A DNA stretch of 45,448 nucleotides from a virus. Its lineage: Duplodnaviria > Caudoviricetes. The notes below the pieces were generated by a model. The model made no database searches. It was not told where the DNA came from and saw nothing but the letters and a program-made list of their open reading frames with translations. The DNA lies in the IMG/VR virus record IMGVR_UViG_3300022227_000007, positions 1 through 45,448 of that record. One strand, given 5' to 3'. How positions within the stretch are numbered: the stretch's first letter is position 1; each line of letters opens with the position of its first letter. Made by a program: the position numbers and the translations under genes. Below, in pieces: positions 34,668-43,742 of the stretch.

Positions 34668-35270
34668 TTAACTATCATACGAGTTTGTACTATGAACATT
34701 TCTTGCGCCACTAATTGTTCCACTAGAAGATGTTGTTTCCGAGCCTTTAAACCAAGAACTATTTTTTGTCAGAGTGTCCTTTACTGCCATATCAGTAGTT
34801 TTAGATCTATACTCTACCTTATTCTGTAATCTTTTACGTATACCCGGTGATTTCATATGTGTTTTTTTCTGTGCACTATCAAAGCTTTTAAGCTTCTTCT
34901 CAGCAGTAATTCGTTGGTCAACATTACGTACAACATCTGTTACATCTGCACTATTCCGTTTCTCCATTACAGGGGGCACAACCTTTTCGGCATGTGCTAC
35001 TGCAGCATCAGTGCCTCCTTGAGGATTTTTATTATACTGCTTTTTAACAGTATTGTAGTATTGATTTGTATTAACTATGTGACGAATATCTCGTTTCTTC
35101 CCTTTATCGGACGCCCAAGTTGAGGGTTTGCCTGTCAGAACTTGATTAACCTTAGCTTTAATGCTAGCCCGATGAGTATTCTGTATTTTTTGATTGTTCA
35201 TACCTTGAACAAAGTTATCATTGAACTCATTCCTACTGGTATCTGCGGGCGTGCCGCCAAATTTAAACAT
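34668..35270 (-). CDS. Basic hypothetical protein with MFKFGG leader, 200 aa
   Basis: Intact ORF, TAATG-coupled start. Confidence 0.7.
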   Translation of the reverse strand: MFKFGGTPADTSRNEFNDNFVQGMNNQKIQNTHRASIKAKVNQVLTGKPSTWASDKGKKRDIRHIVNTNQYYNTVKKQYNKNPQGGTDAAVAHAEKVVPPVMEKRNSADVTDVVRNVDQRITAEKKLKSFDSAQKKTHMKSPGIRKRLQNKVEYRSKTTDMAVKDTLTKNSSWFKGSETTSSSGTISGARNVHSTNSYDS

Positions 35271-35449
35271 TATTTATCCTCCTCAACAGACGCTTTTCTA
35301 TAGGACGTTACTAATTTCTTTAAATCACCTAGTGCCTTACGCGCGCGTCGCGCGGCTGCCTTATTATTAAAGGATTTATCATGATTTTCAGCAAATTCTT
35401 GCCAAAGGCTTTCTAAATCCATATAAATATCTTCTGTTTTAGGTAACAT
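35270..35449 (-). CDS. Histone H1-like Hc1-family small DNA-binding protein, 59 aa (below track cutoff)
   Basis: MLPKTEDIYMDLESLWQEFAENHDKSFNNKAAARRARKALGDLKKLVTSYRKASV matches the NKAAxxRARK..L.K....RK.S signature; AGGAG RBS. Confidence 0.8.
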   Translation of the reverse strand: MLPKTEDIYMDLESLWQEFAENHDKSFNNKAAARRARKALGDLKKLVTSYRKASVEEDK

Positions 35450-35669
35450 TTATCTCTCCTTGTTTCTTAAGAGGTCTTCCATCATATTTAGGAAGATCAG
35501 GTGTTTTATTTTTAGCATAAGCATATCCTAGCCCTGCACCAATTCCAACTTTTGCCCCATACCCTATTATAATAGCCTTTTTATGTTTACTTCAAAATCT
35601 CTTAGCTGCATTATAGAAAGAGCTGGCTCTAGAACTAGGTGTGAACCCTAACTTTGCCAATCCTTCCAT
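35439..35669 (-). CDS. Small protein with LAKLGFT leader and G/A-rich helix, 76 aa
   Basis: One TGA; fills the gap between neighbours; TAA at 35439. Confidence 0.6.
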
Positions 35670-35672
35670 AAT

Positions 35673-35972
35673 CTAGGAATCGCCCAACATATGTTTTGCT
35701 GTATATCTATCTAATTCTTCTTTATTCATATCATGAGTCTCAGCCTGCATTTTACCATTAAAGAATTTTTCAAGTTTTAATTTTCCGCCGGCCTTATTAC
35801 CAATGATAGTTTTTATTGCAGCGGGTTTTCCGGCGGCGAATGTTGTGTCCGTATAAACATAGTTCTTTTTGGGCAGCATTGCGTGGTCAAATGCAATTTC
35901 TTGTGCACGATCCGACTCTGGAGCGTGATAAGTAACTTTAGCATTTTTTGTTATCCCAGTAAATTTAAACAT
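35673..35972 (-). CDS. Hypothetical protein with MFKFTGITKNA leader, 99 aa
   Basis: Intact ORF; GGAG RBS. Confidence 0.7.
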   Translation of the reverse strand: MFKFTGITKNAKVTYHAPESDRAQEIAFDHAMLPKKNYVYTDTTFAAGKPAAIKTIIGNKAGGKLKLEKFFNGKMQAETHDMNKEELDRYTAKHMLGDS

Positions 35973-36183
35973 GTGTAGTCTCCCCAGTTCCAGTTCCTAC
36001 CATTTCACCTGATTGGAAAATTTTGTTAAGTGCATCGGGGCTAACGCACATTACGTCGTTGCTCCCGTCCGTATGTTCATATGATAATGTATAGACTCAC
36101 TCTCTTCCGCGTCCCATGCGGTATTCGGCTACCCGCCACTCCTTATTATTAATCAGTAATGTTGCACCAATTTGATAATTCAT
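35965..36183 (-). CDS. Small beta-rich (SH3-like) protein, 72 aa
   Basis: MNYQIGATLLINNKEWRVAEYRMGRGREWVYTL; one TGA. Confidence 0.6.
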
Positions 36184-36324
36184 CTATTTTTCCTTATTAT
36201 GTAGGCCAAAAAGGGTTCTAACTTTTTCCTTTAAAACGGCCACACCAACTTTAAGTGTTGTGAAAGCTGCAACTAATCCTACCAGCGCTATTAGTTGCGC
36301 CCAATATTTTACTATAAAATCCAT
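36184..36324 (-). CDS. Small single-TM protein (holin-like layout), 46 aa
   Basis: GGAGG RBS; MDFIVKYWAQLIALVGLVAAFTTLKVGVAVLKEKVRTLF. Confidence 0.55.
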   Translation of the reverse strand: MDFIVKYWAQLIALVGLVAAFTTLKVGVAVLKEKVRTLFGLHNKEK

Positions 36325-36468
36325 CTCAAAAATCCTCCCCCTATCTTGTCAGTTTGTCTTAAATACCCTAAATAAAAAAATTTTCAAAAAAATTTAGAAT
36401 CTGAAAATTTGACATACTAGTACTAGAATTTAAACGCGGCCAACCAGGTAGTTGGCGGGGGATGAGCC

Positions 36469-36669
36469 TTAGGTACCCACGTTCTTTGTAGGCCTATTAT
36501 GATGTTTTGTGAGTTTTTGTGTTGTTATATATTGATTTAGTTGTTTTAAGTCAATTCTATGTGTAGCTCAACACGTTGTGCATACTCATCTTAAGCAATT
36601 TGGGCTCTTACGCACCAAATTCATCGTTCCCTCATCACAATATTCGCATTCTTTACTAGTTTTCATCAT
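36469..36669 (-). CDS. Small Zn-ribbon protein, about 66 aa
   Basis: CEYC...WVCTTCW with two TGAs; TAA at 36469. Confidence 0.5.
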
Positions 36670-36741
36670 TTTGTCATCCTAAATCGTTGTTTTTTATCAT
36701 TTTGCTCTATAATCCCCGCTCGGTACCACCGGAACCCGGTT

Positions 36742-37068
36742 TTAGGCCTCCGCTAGTATTGGAGTAGTAAGATTTTCGTCTAACATAACGGTAAATCTGT
36801 CCTCTTCGTAATCTATTCTGGCATTAATCATGTACATAGCAGTCTCTGTATCCAAAATGTACGGAAATCCATTAGATTCGTACTTCATTTCGTCCTTTTT
36901 CACCCTAGTTTTGTATGAAAACGCATAAAGTAGCTCATTTTCTTGTGTTAAATCCTCTACTGTGATGCTAAAAGCGGCTTTAGGAGGCAAATTGGCCTCA
37001 TCTTGAAGCTCAAATAGCTTATTTACGGCTTTTTTTGTGAAATGTATAGGTGATTCGGACATTTTCAT
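36742..37068 (-). CDS. IscA/HesB-like fold protein lacking the Fe-S cysteines
   Basis: IHFTKKAVNKL...Y.F......D...E.NG...ILD......M..ARIDY....F pattern of A-type carriers; contains no Cys. Confidence 0.65.
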   Translation of the reverse strand: MKMSESPIHFTKKAVNKLFELQDEANLPPKAAFSITVEDLTQENELLYAFSYKTRVKKDEMKYESNGFPYILDTETAMYMINARIDYEEDRFTVMLDENLTTPILAEA

Positions 37069-37122
37069 AGAAATATTCCCTTTTTTTAATTTTCTTTTAA
37101 TCGCGGAGAACCAGGTTCATTA

Positions 37123-38892
37123 TTAAGCTGTAGTACTAATAATGCTGCTTAAACCCTTTAACGCATATATTACTTGGGCAAGCCCTTCCATTGCTTCTTT
37201 TATACTTATTGCATCCATATTTGGTAAGCCCAATCGAGCCGCAACTAAGAGTTTAGCTAATTCACTTGAACATTGTTCATATTGTGGAATATAGCTAATA
37301 TATTCTAACACATTTCTTTTATTCATTAAGCCTAAAGATAGAATCGCATCAACTGAGTTTTTATTAGCTAATGTAGAAGCTTCTTTCACTAACAAAGTGT
37401 TAAAACTCGGAACCTCACCAATCTGTCTATCGTACTCAGTTTGAATTACACCTTCCAAGTCTTGTGTACGCAATGGAGATCTAATATCACCTGTCAACTT
37501 GACATGACTATTTGGAACCAGCTTTGCCATTTTCTGTATGTCAGCAGCTGTAGCGCCACAATGTACTGCTGCCCATTTCGCCTCATCTTCACTCAAATCG
37601 CGCAATTTATGAGTTTCACCATATTTAGTAAATCCCGGCCCAGCTACTCCGTATAATCCAATGTCATCACGCTCTATATAGTTCTTCTGTAAATCTGTAT
37701 CAATATCCGTAAATGTCACCTGCAATTCGCCTGCTAATTTAACAAACTTGCCATTACCAGGTACATAATACGTATTATCGAACTCCTCATGTGGAATCAT
37801 AGCTTCTTTATGAATTCCTCTCAATGGCATATAAGTTGTATGATGTAAACCATCAAAACCTCTAACTTCAAAGTTACCTGCGCCTGCTACCTTCTGTAAT
37901 CCAACAACCTCGAATGGTGAAGTTGCCTCATCACCTACTACAAATACTCCATAATCATTCATCTGTGGCATACTGCCTTCTACTTCAAAACGTTTAACTC
38001 TACTAGCAATCTTCGTATGCTCTTCTTGATTAAAAACGTAATATTCACCTTCTTTAGTTAAATACAATATACCTTCATTAATAGGATATGTATTACCAGG
38101 AGCAATATCAGTTGGTACACCAGAATCAGTGTATTTCGCATTCTTAGACAACTGTGTTAAAACCTCATCTTCAGGATCTAATTTAGTGCTCCAAGTATAA
38201 TCAATACGTGAATTAGCTTGTTTTACCAATCGATTGCCTAATTCATCCTCAAACGTCATTTGTCTATCAATATCTAAGTTAGCTAATGTCGCTTCAGCAA
38301 AATCAACTGTATCAGCAGGTTTTAGTTGTGAAACCTTCTCAATTACATCCAACATATCGTTTTGTACAAAACCAGCGTAATGTTCAGGCTTAGTTATCTC
38401 TGAAATCAGGCGCTCATAATCTTTACGCTCTACAAAAGACGAAATCTTATCAAGCATAGAGCCGGATGTCGTACCTGCTGCATAATTTGCTGAAGGTATA
38501 GAAAGTGGTGAGTCAAATACCGTTGTAGCTAACTCTTTCCGTCCCTTCGCTACTCCCTCAAACGCTGTAGGGCTTGAGATTAAATCTAATAATGTAGCGC
38601 TTGTAAGTGGCAACATAACAGAATTAACAACTATAATATCTATTGGCATTAGTTGGAAATCAGATATCACTATAGGGATTGAGAATTCAGCTGCTTGAAC
38701 TGATGCAACAGCAAAACCCTTCTCCGCATCTTTTTGGTGGTAAGAAACCTGTAATGCAGTATTTGCCAATTCTGGATATTCCTTTAACAAGGCACCAATT
38801 ATCTCTTTCACCCACTTAGTGGCGTCTGTAGACATTATCGTTGTCGCTGCATGTTTCTCATGTCCCACAGGCTCTATAAATAAACTTTCCAT
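37123..38892 (-). CDS. Large putative head/core structural protein, 589 aa
   Basis: Intact ORF with RBS and its own promoter; repeated KxA/S motifs (EKHA, DKIS, EKVS, SKNA, TKIA, QKVA, VKLA, VKEA). Confidence 0.55.
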   Translation of the reverse strand: MESLFIEPVGHEKHAATTIMSTDATKWVKEIIGALLKEYPELANTALQVSYHQKDAEKGFAVASVQAAEFSIPIVISDFQLMPIDIIVVNSVMLPLTSATLLDLISSPTAFEGVAKGRKELATTVFDSPLSIPSANYAAGTTSGSMLDKISSFVERKDYERLISEITKPEHYAGFVQNDMLDVIEKVSQLKPADTVDFAEATLANLDIDRQMTFEDELGNRLVKQANSRIDYTWSTKLDPEDEVLTQLSKNAKYTDSGVPTDIAPGNTYPINEGILYLTKEGEYYVFNQEEHTKIASRVKRFEVEGSMPQMNDYGVFVVGDEATSPFEVVGLQKVAGAGNFEVRGFDGLHHTTYMPLRGIHKEAMIPHEEFDNTYYVPGNGKFVKLAGELQVTFTDIDTDLQKNYIERDDIGLYGVAGPGFTKYGETHKLRDLSEDEAKWAAVHCGATAADIQKMAKLVPNSHVKLTGDIRSPLRTQDLEGVIQTEYDRQIGEVPSFNTLLVKEASTLANKNSVDAILSLGLMNKRNVLEYISYIPQYEQCSSELAKLLVAARLGLPNMDAISIKEAMEGLAQVIYALKGLSSIISTTA

Positions 38893-38934
38893 TTCTTTCT
38901 CCTATTATGTTATACTGTTCATACTTCTTCCTTA

Positions 38935-38963
38935 AATATACTATTTGGACTCAAAATTGTCAA
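38935..38963 (-). promoter_or_regulatory. Sigma70-like promoter TTGACA-N17-TATATT
   Basis: -35 at 38963-38958, -10 at 38940-38935; overlaps the end of the upstream gene. Confidence 0.7.
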
Positions 38964-39786
38964 GGATAATCTCGGTTAAGGCTGGAATAGGCTGAGGTGG
39001 TGTATAAGTTCAATATGTATAGCGATCATCAGGGGCAAACTTTCGTCTACCTATAACTTCGCCATTCTCTTCCATAAACGTAGCTTCATCTACTTCCCTA
39101 CACATAAATGATTCTACATTAGTTACATCTCCATTAATTGGATTACTTCATCTTATCTTACCTTCTGAATCAGGCAAGAGGTATATTGTTTTCTGTACTT
39201 TATTCAAGTTCCAATATGAGTCTTTGCCTGAAAACTCTCAATTACCAGTAACTTGTCTAAAATACTCTCTATTCACTCTTCCTAAAGCTCCTACATTTAC
39301 GCCAATATAGATTAAACTGCCCTCTCTTACACCTCAATTATGTGGTCCAGTGGTCGTCATCAATCAGTTTGCATATCCCTCACCGAACATAGTAGTGAAG
39401 CACTTAAATTTGTCCATAGTAGCTCTTTGCTCATAGAGGTCAAACGTATTAGGTTGCTCTGCTCTCTCCAATTTAATTCCCATAAGCGTTTTATAAGTAA
39501 AGATTTCCAACGGTTTTGGGCCAACATCTCGTCTATGTAAGAGCTCATACAAGAGAAACATTCTCTCCAGCTCTGAAGGATTAATAATCTCATGCTCAAA
39601 AAACCCTTCCTCATAGCATTCATAGCCAGCATCCGCCAATTCCTCATGTGTACGTGCATGTTGCTTATTATGGAAAATCTTATAGCCATAATCTGCATTA
39701 TCAGTTGCTCATAAATTAGATGAGCCACTCGCAAGCTCCTTATCTGCACTAAACTCTAGTCAATCTTCTCGTCATACTAAAGGCAT
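38941..39786 (-). CDS. Hypothetical protein, 281 aa; possible degenerate kinase fold
   Basis: AAGGAG precedes ATG 39786; about eight TGAs; includes track ORF 39364..39639; TAG at 38941. Confidence 0.65.
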
Positions 39787-39798
39787 TTCGTTCTCTCC

Positions 39799-39942
39799 TT
39801 ATTTATGTGGGAAACACATTAGTAATACTATAACTCCCATAACTATTAATACCTCAGGACATAAAACTCATGTTGCATAGCTTCCTAAGACAAACGCCAT
39901 TCCACAAATCATGGTTCACATATACTTTCACCAATGCTGCAT
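39799..39942 (-). CDS. Small two-TM membrane protein, 47 aa
   Basis: TAATG-coupled; MQHWWKYMWTMICGMAFVLGSYATWVLCPEVLIVMGVIVLLMCF. Confidence 0.55.
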
Positions 39943-40379
39943 TAAGCACTCTTACATACAGGTTGAACAGTTATAATACTAAATGTACCTGGATATTCCT
40001 TAACACCATCAGGTACAGGTGCGCTGGGAGGCGCTGGCATCATAGCTTTCACATCCACAACAAACTTTCAATCCCCTGGGCCTGATTGTATTCCTACAGC
40101 TTCTCCGCCATCTGTTGTTACGCCTGCAAAGGTTCCTCAACCTACAAATTCAACATGGCCTGTTCCTGGAATTATAAATGGTGGAGATATATAAGGTACA
40201 GCAGGGAAGGGCGTTTCAATAGAATCTTTAATATCAGCCTCTCAAATAGCTTTATTTCCAAATGCTGTTAAAACATGGCCACCATCAGCAGTGAGAGGTC
40301 CTATCAAGGGTGCCATTGGTACACATGGTGCTGGAGGTGGAAGTATAAATATATCAGTTGCTGTTAAAATTTGTGCCAT
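39942..40379 (-). CDS. Contractile-system spike tip protein, Pvc10/Afp10-like, 145 aa (absent from the track)
   Basis: PYISPPFIIPGTG...DGGEAV...KFVVDVKAMMP..PVPD...YPGTF pattern; three TGAs; downstream of the spike gene. Confidence 0.6.
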
Positions 40380-41402
40380 TTAGAATACCGTTAGCCCAAA
40401 CACCATTTTCATAGTTAAACCGTAGCTGTCAACACATTGTAGAGCAATAATGCTGGCACCTATATCATCAGCTGTAGGTGTTCCAAATAAATGGCCTTGT
40501 CTAACTGTTTTAGTTTTTCCATCTATTACCTCTGTAAACGTTTGTCCAACTGTGAATGTCAACCAATCAGGTATAGGTACTGCACTCACTCCTGGTACAA
40601 TTTCACCAGGAATAACCTCAATCTCTAAAGTTTCAGCTACATTGCCCTCTCCCATTATATCTTGATCAATAGCTTTAATTATTTCACTGTATTCTACGCC
40701 AACAGAGGCTTCCTTAGCTGGTTCACTCCCTCAAAGGGGCATGTGAGGGTGATTTGCAAAGGTTAAACTAAAAGTTTGATTTTTTACAACGCTTTCACCA
40801 TTACTAAGTGTAGATGTAAGTGTTAGTGCTAAGCTATGGGTGCCTACATCAGTCTCTTCTTCAGGCGCTCCTTGAATCAGACCTTTGTAACTGGAGGCCA
40901 GATTTGGGTTATAATGATCTGTATCAGCAGGGTCAGAGTTTGTAAATATTAAGAAATCAGGAATGGTTGGTGCATGTACATAAACAGTTTCTCCGCTTAG
41001 GGTGCGTGTGTGTCCAGTAGTAACTTCATACTCATAAAAGCCTGCATCTCCCTCGGTATCTCCATATTGTTTCATAGCTGCAGCAGCTGTGGTATGAGGA
41101 TCACCTGTAAATTTAGCAGGTGTGTAAGCAGACACTGACTTCGTATAAGTTGGAGGTAAATTAGTGCCAGTGTAGGAGCCATCATCTGCAGTAAGCTTTA
41201 CGGCAAAACTGTTATCTACACCGTCGTCTGTATACATATGGGTAGGATTCTCAGCTGAGGATGTCGAACCGTCAGCAAACTCTCAAAGTCACGTTCACTC
41301 AGGAATGGTTAATGTGGAAGTCGTAGTATTTGTAAATACAAATGTAGTCTCACCTTTGTATCCTTGAGTTAAATTAACTGTAAAACTACTCGTAACTACC
41401 AT
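40380..41402 (-). CDS. PKD plus cadherin/He_PIG-like Ig-domain virion protein, 340 aa
   Basis: PKD motif WTWLWEFADGSTSSAENPTHMY (the three W are TGA); two IPD(F/W)LxF...G(A/T)P...D(V/I)G Ig repeats. Confidence 0.85.
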
Positions 41403-41704
41403 TATCCTACATCCATTGTATCTGCTGTTCCGCCGCCTTCTATACTACAACCCTCTTTAATATCAGTGGTGCCAAGAAGAAGTCCTTCTTCCTTACACAT
41501 TTCTATTATAGCTTCACAAATCGAGTCTATAATAGCCTGCATTTCAAATGTTAACTCAAGAGCTTTTGTAATTTTTGGCATAGTCGGCTCTCCGCCAGCC
41601 TCTGGGTCATAGGTCCCGTCCTCGGTGTCGTCCTCAACCTCCCGTTTCTTTTCAGCAAGTCGTTCATAAGCTCGTGCTTTTACATTGGCTATAGTTGTTG
41701 GCAT
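41402..41704 (-). CDS. Small acidic baseplate-region protein, 100 aa
   Basis: Intact ORF with RBS, directly downstream of the spike gene. Confidence 0.55.
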   Translation of the reverse strand: MPTTIANVKARAYERLAEKKREVEDDTEDGTYDPEAGGEPTMPKITKALELTFEMQAIIDSICEAIIEMCKEEGLLLGTTDIKEGCSIEGGGTADTMDVG

Positions 41705-41719
41705 AAATTATCTCCTTGG

Positions 41720-43708
41720 TTATTCTGCATGTGTTTCAAATGTTAATGGTGATGTAGCAACGTTAGGTGCAGCTACTGCCGGTACTGGTATAGGTGGACT
41801 AGGTGGTCCTGGTGCAGCTGTTGGATGCATATGTGCACCAAAAATCATATCAACTCACGCCTTAGTTACTAAAGCTTGCTCACCTCCTGTACCACCAATC
41901 TTAATTCCACCTTCTGTGGGTGTTGGCCCACCGTCAATAATAATTTCAGCACCATCCATAGTAATAGATTGGGGATCTCCACTGGAGGGTACAATCTCAA
42001 TTGTTACCTTTGTTCCTGTTAAACTAATTGTATATTCAGCATCACCTGACACCACTTTAATTTCTCCAAGATCAGCCGCTAATGTCATAGTAGACGTATC
42101 ACCTTGAGTGTCGACATGTATCTTACCAACATCACTGCCTAGAGTTAAGTCTGCAGAACTAACACCAGCAGATTCATCCACTTTTCATTGGTGAACTGTA
42201 CTCGCATCACTGTATACACTACTATATGTAGTATCTGTAGGAACTATTGCTCCATCACTATGTGCATAAGAACGCGCCCATCAATTACTAGCATCATTAA
42301 TAGTTTCTGAGTAGCTAAGTGTTTTAGGCAGTGGTCCTGATGAATTTCAGGTAATACTCTCAGTCTTCAATGCCCCAGATTGACTATATGACTTGGCCAT
42401 TTTTACACCCTCTGTTATATCAGCTATAACAGGTACTTGATGTGGTCCTTTCCAGGAATGATGGTTCTCCCTTATATAAGTGCCTCCATCACTGCCTCCT
42501 CAAGCTAGGCTATGTGACTCATGGAATTTATCATCTATATCTCAGCCCTCTCCTGCACTGATAATATTAGCTACGCCTCCGCCATTCTGCACTCTAAGAG
42601 TAAATAAATCATCCTCCCCATTAACTTTACCAAAACGAAATAAGTGAGTCTGTGGATTTGGAGGGCCAGGTCAACCATCAGTGTATGTATCTTTAGCACG
42701 CCAAGCTATCAGCTCGCCTCCAGGGCGTGAGGTCATATATTGGGCATTGTCTTTTTGTTTACCTAATTTTAATTCTGTAAAACATGATTTGTCTGTCCCC
42801 ACTGGTGCAGGTAGTGAAGGTGTCATTGGTGTTGGTACACTAGCATTTCATCCATCAGTATGAGTCTGTTGAGTCCTAATCTCATAAACATGCCCCAAAT
42901 CTTCAATTGGATTTTCACCTTTAATATAACCTGCTCTAACAATAGCTTTATCAATATAGGGAGTTAGCCCCGGAAGCATCAGTTTTGTCTCTGTATCTTG
43001 AAATTTGTCACTTACAAAATTAAGATCTTTATATTTTTCTTGAATAAAAGTATAAGAGGCAACATGAGGTACACCTATTGTTAAGTCTTTAGGTGTATAC
43101 TCTCGTAATGATGTATGACCATGTGTTATTAGAGTTGCTTCTTTAAACGTGCTCGTCTGTTTACCTTGTGCTCCATCCATAACTACAGCGCATAGATTAC
43201 CTGATGTTAGCCCAATGGTTCCATCTTCACTAAGCTTAGTTGTCGGAGTGAACTTGCCTCCAGTTTTAGTAGAAACATCTCCAGCTTGTGCCTTCTTTAA
43301 TGGCTTCTCAGTTCCCTCTTCACCGCAGTCAGCTATAAGCCCAAAAAACGATGTTATATGAATTGTCTGTCCATGCTGAGAGAGAATTCCTGCAAATCTT
43401 TGGCCATCTTTCGGAACTGCTACCGATTTGCCCGCTCCACTTGTTGGAAGGACTGAAGGTAGTGTACATACATAGCGGCCTCCTTCATTATCGATTTTAC
43501 CCCAAAGCTGTAAAGCAGGCTCAGTACGTACTTCAACGATTTGCCCTACTACTGCGTGGCCACCGTGACGTCCTGTCTCTGTATGGGAAATTTGGTTCAA
43601 ATACAAATTTGGCCGATACGATTTAAATAGCTTTTTCTCAGTATGTTTATCGCTTGTAGTCTGTATACGTGGGTGAAATGCACTCTGTGAATATTGATCT
43701 TTTGCCAT
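41720..43708 (-). CDS. Baseplate central spike (gpV/gp5-like), 662 aa
   Basis: Joins track ORFs 42848..43708 and 41855..42181. N-terminal OB-like segment (VGQIVEV...VPKDGQR), beta-strand repeats and C-terminal apex GAHMHPTAAPGPPSPP (HxH). Confidence 0.7.
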
Positions 43709-43713
43709 GTCTA

Positions 43714-43742
43714 AATGTAATAGTTTGAAACCCTGAAGTCAA
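43714..43742 (-). promoter_or_regulatory. Sigma70-like promoter TTGACT-N17-TACATT
   Basis: -35 at 43742-43737, -10 at 43719-43714; 5 nt to ATG 43708 and no SD sequence. Confidence 0.65.

Noticed and set aside
6823-39749. Alternative-frame minus-strand track ORFs (6823..7020, 11395..11622, 13429..13620, 17534..17842, 18379..18600, 24533..24742, 29299..29658, 32456..32662, 33640..33822, 39360..39749)
   Set aside because: They overlap better-supported table-4 genes in another frame.
381-43626. Plus-strand track ORFs (e.g. 381..626, 4853..5266, 17590..18033, 18327..18830, 19781..20272, 41685..42107)
   Set aside because: Antisense shadows of well-supported minus-strand genes, with no recognisable motifs.
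1-43708. Fragmented ORFs as pseudogenes of a decayed prophage or as sequencing errors
   Set aside because: All interruptions I traced are TGA, none are frameshifts or TAA/TAG, and they fall at Trp positions.
1-43708. TGA as Gly (table 25) or selenocysteine
   Set aside because: Motif positions and paralog pairs show TGA alternating with TGG; the Cys and Gly motifs I translated use normal codons.
39942-43708. Bacterial eCIS/tailocin locus
   Set aside because: Terminase, capsid, protease and scaffold genes in the same array indicate a complete phage.
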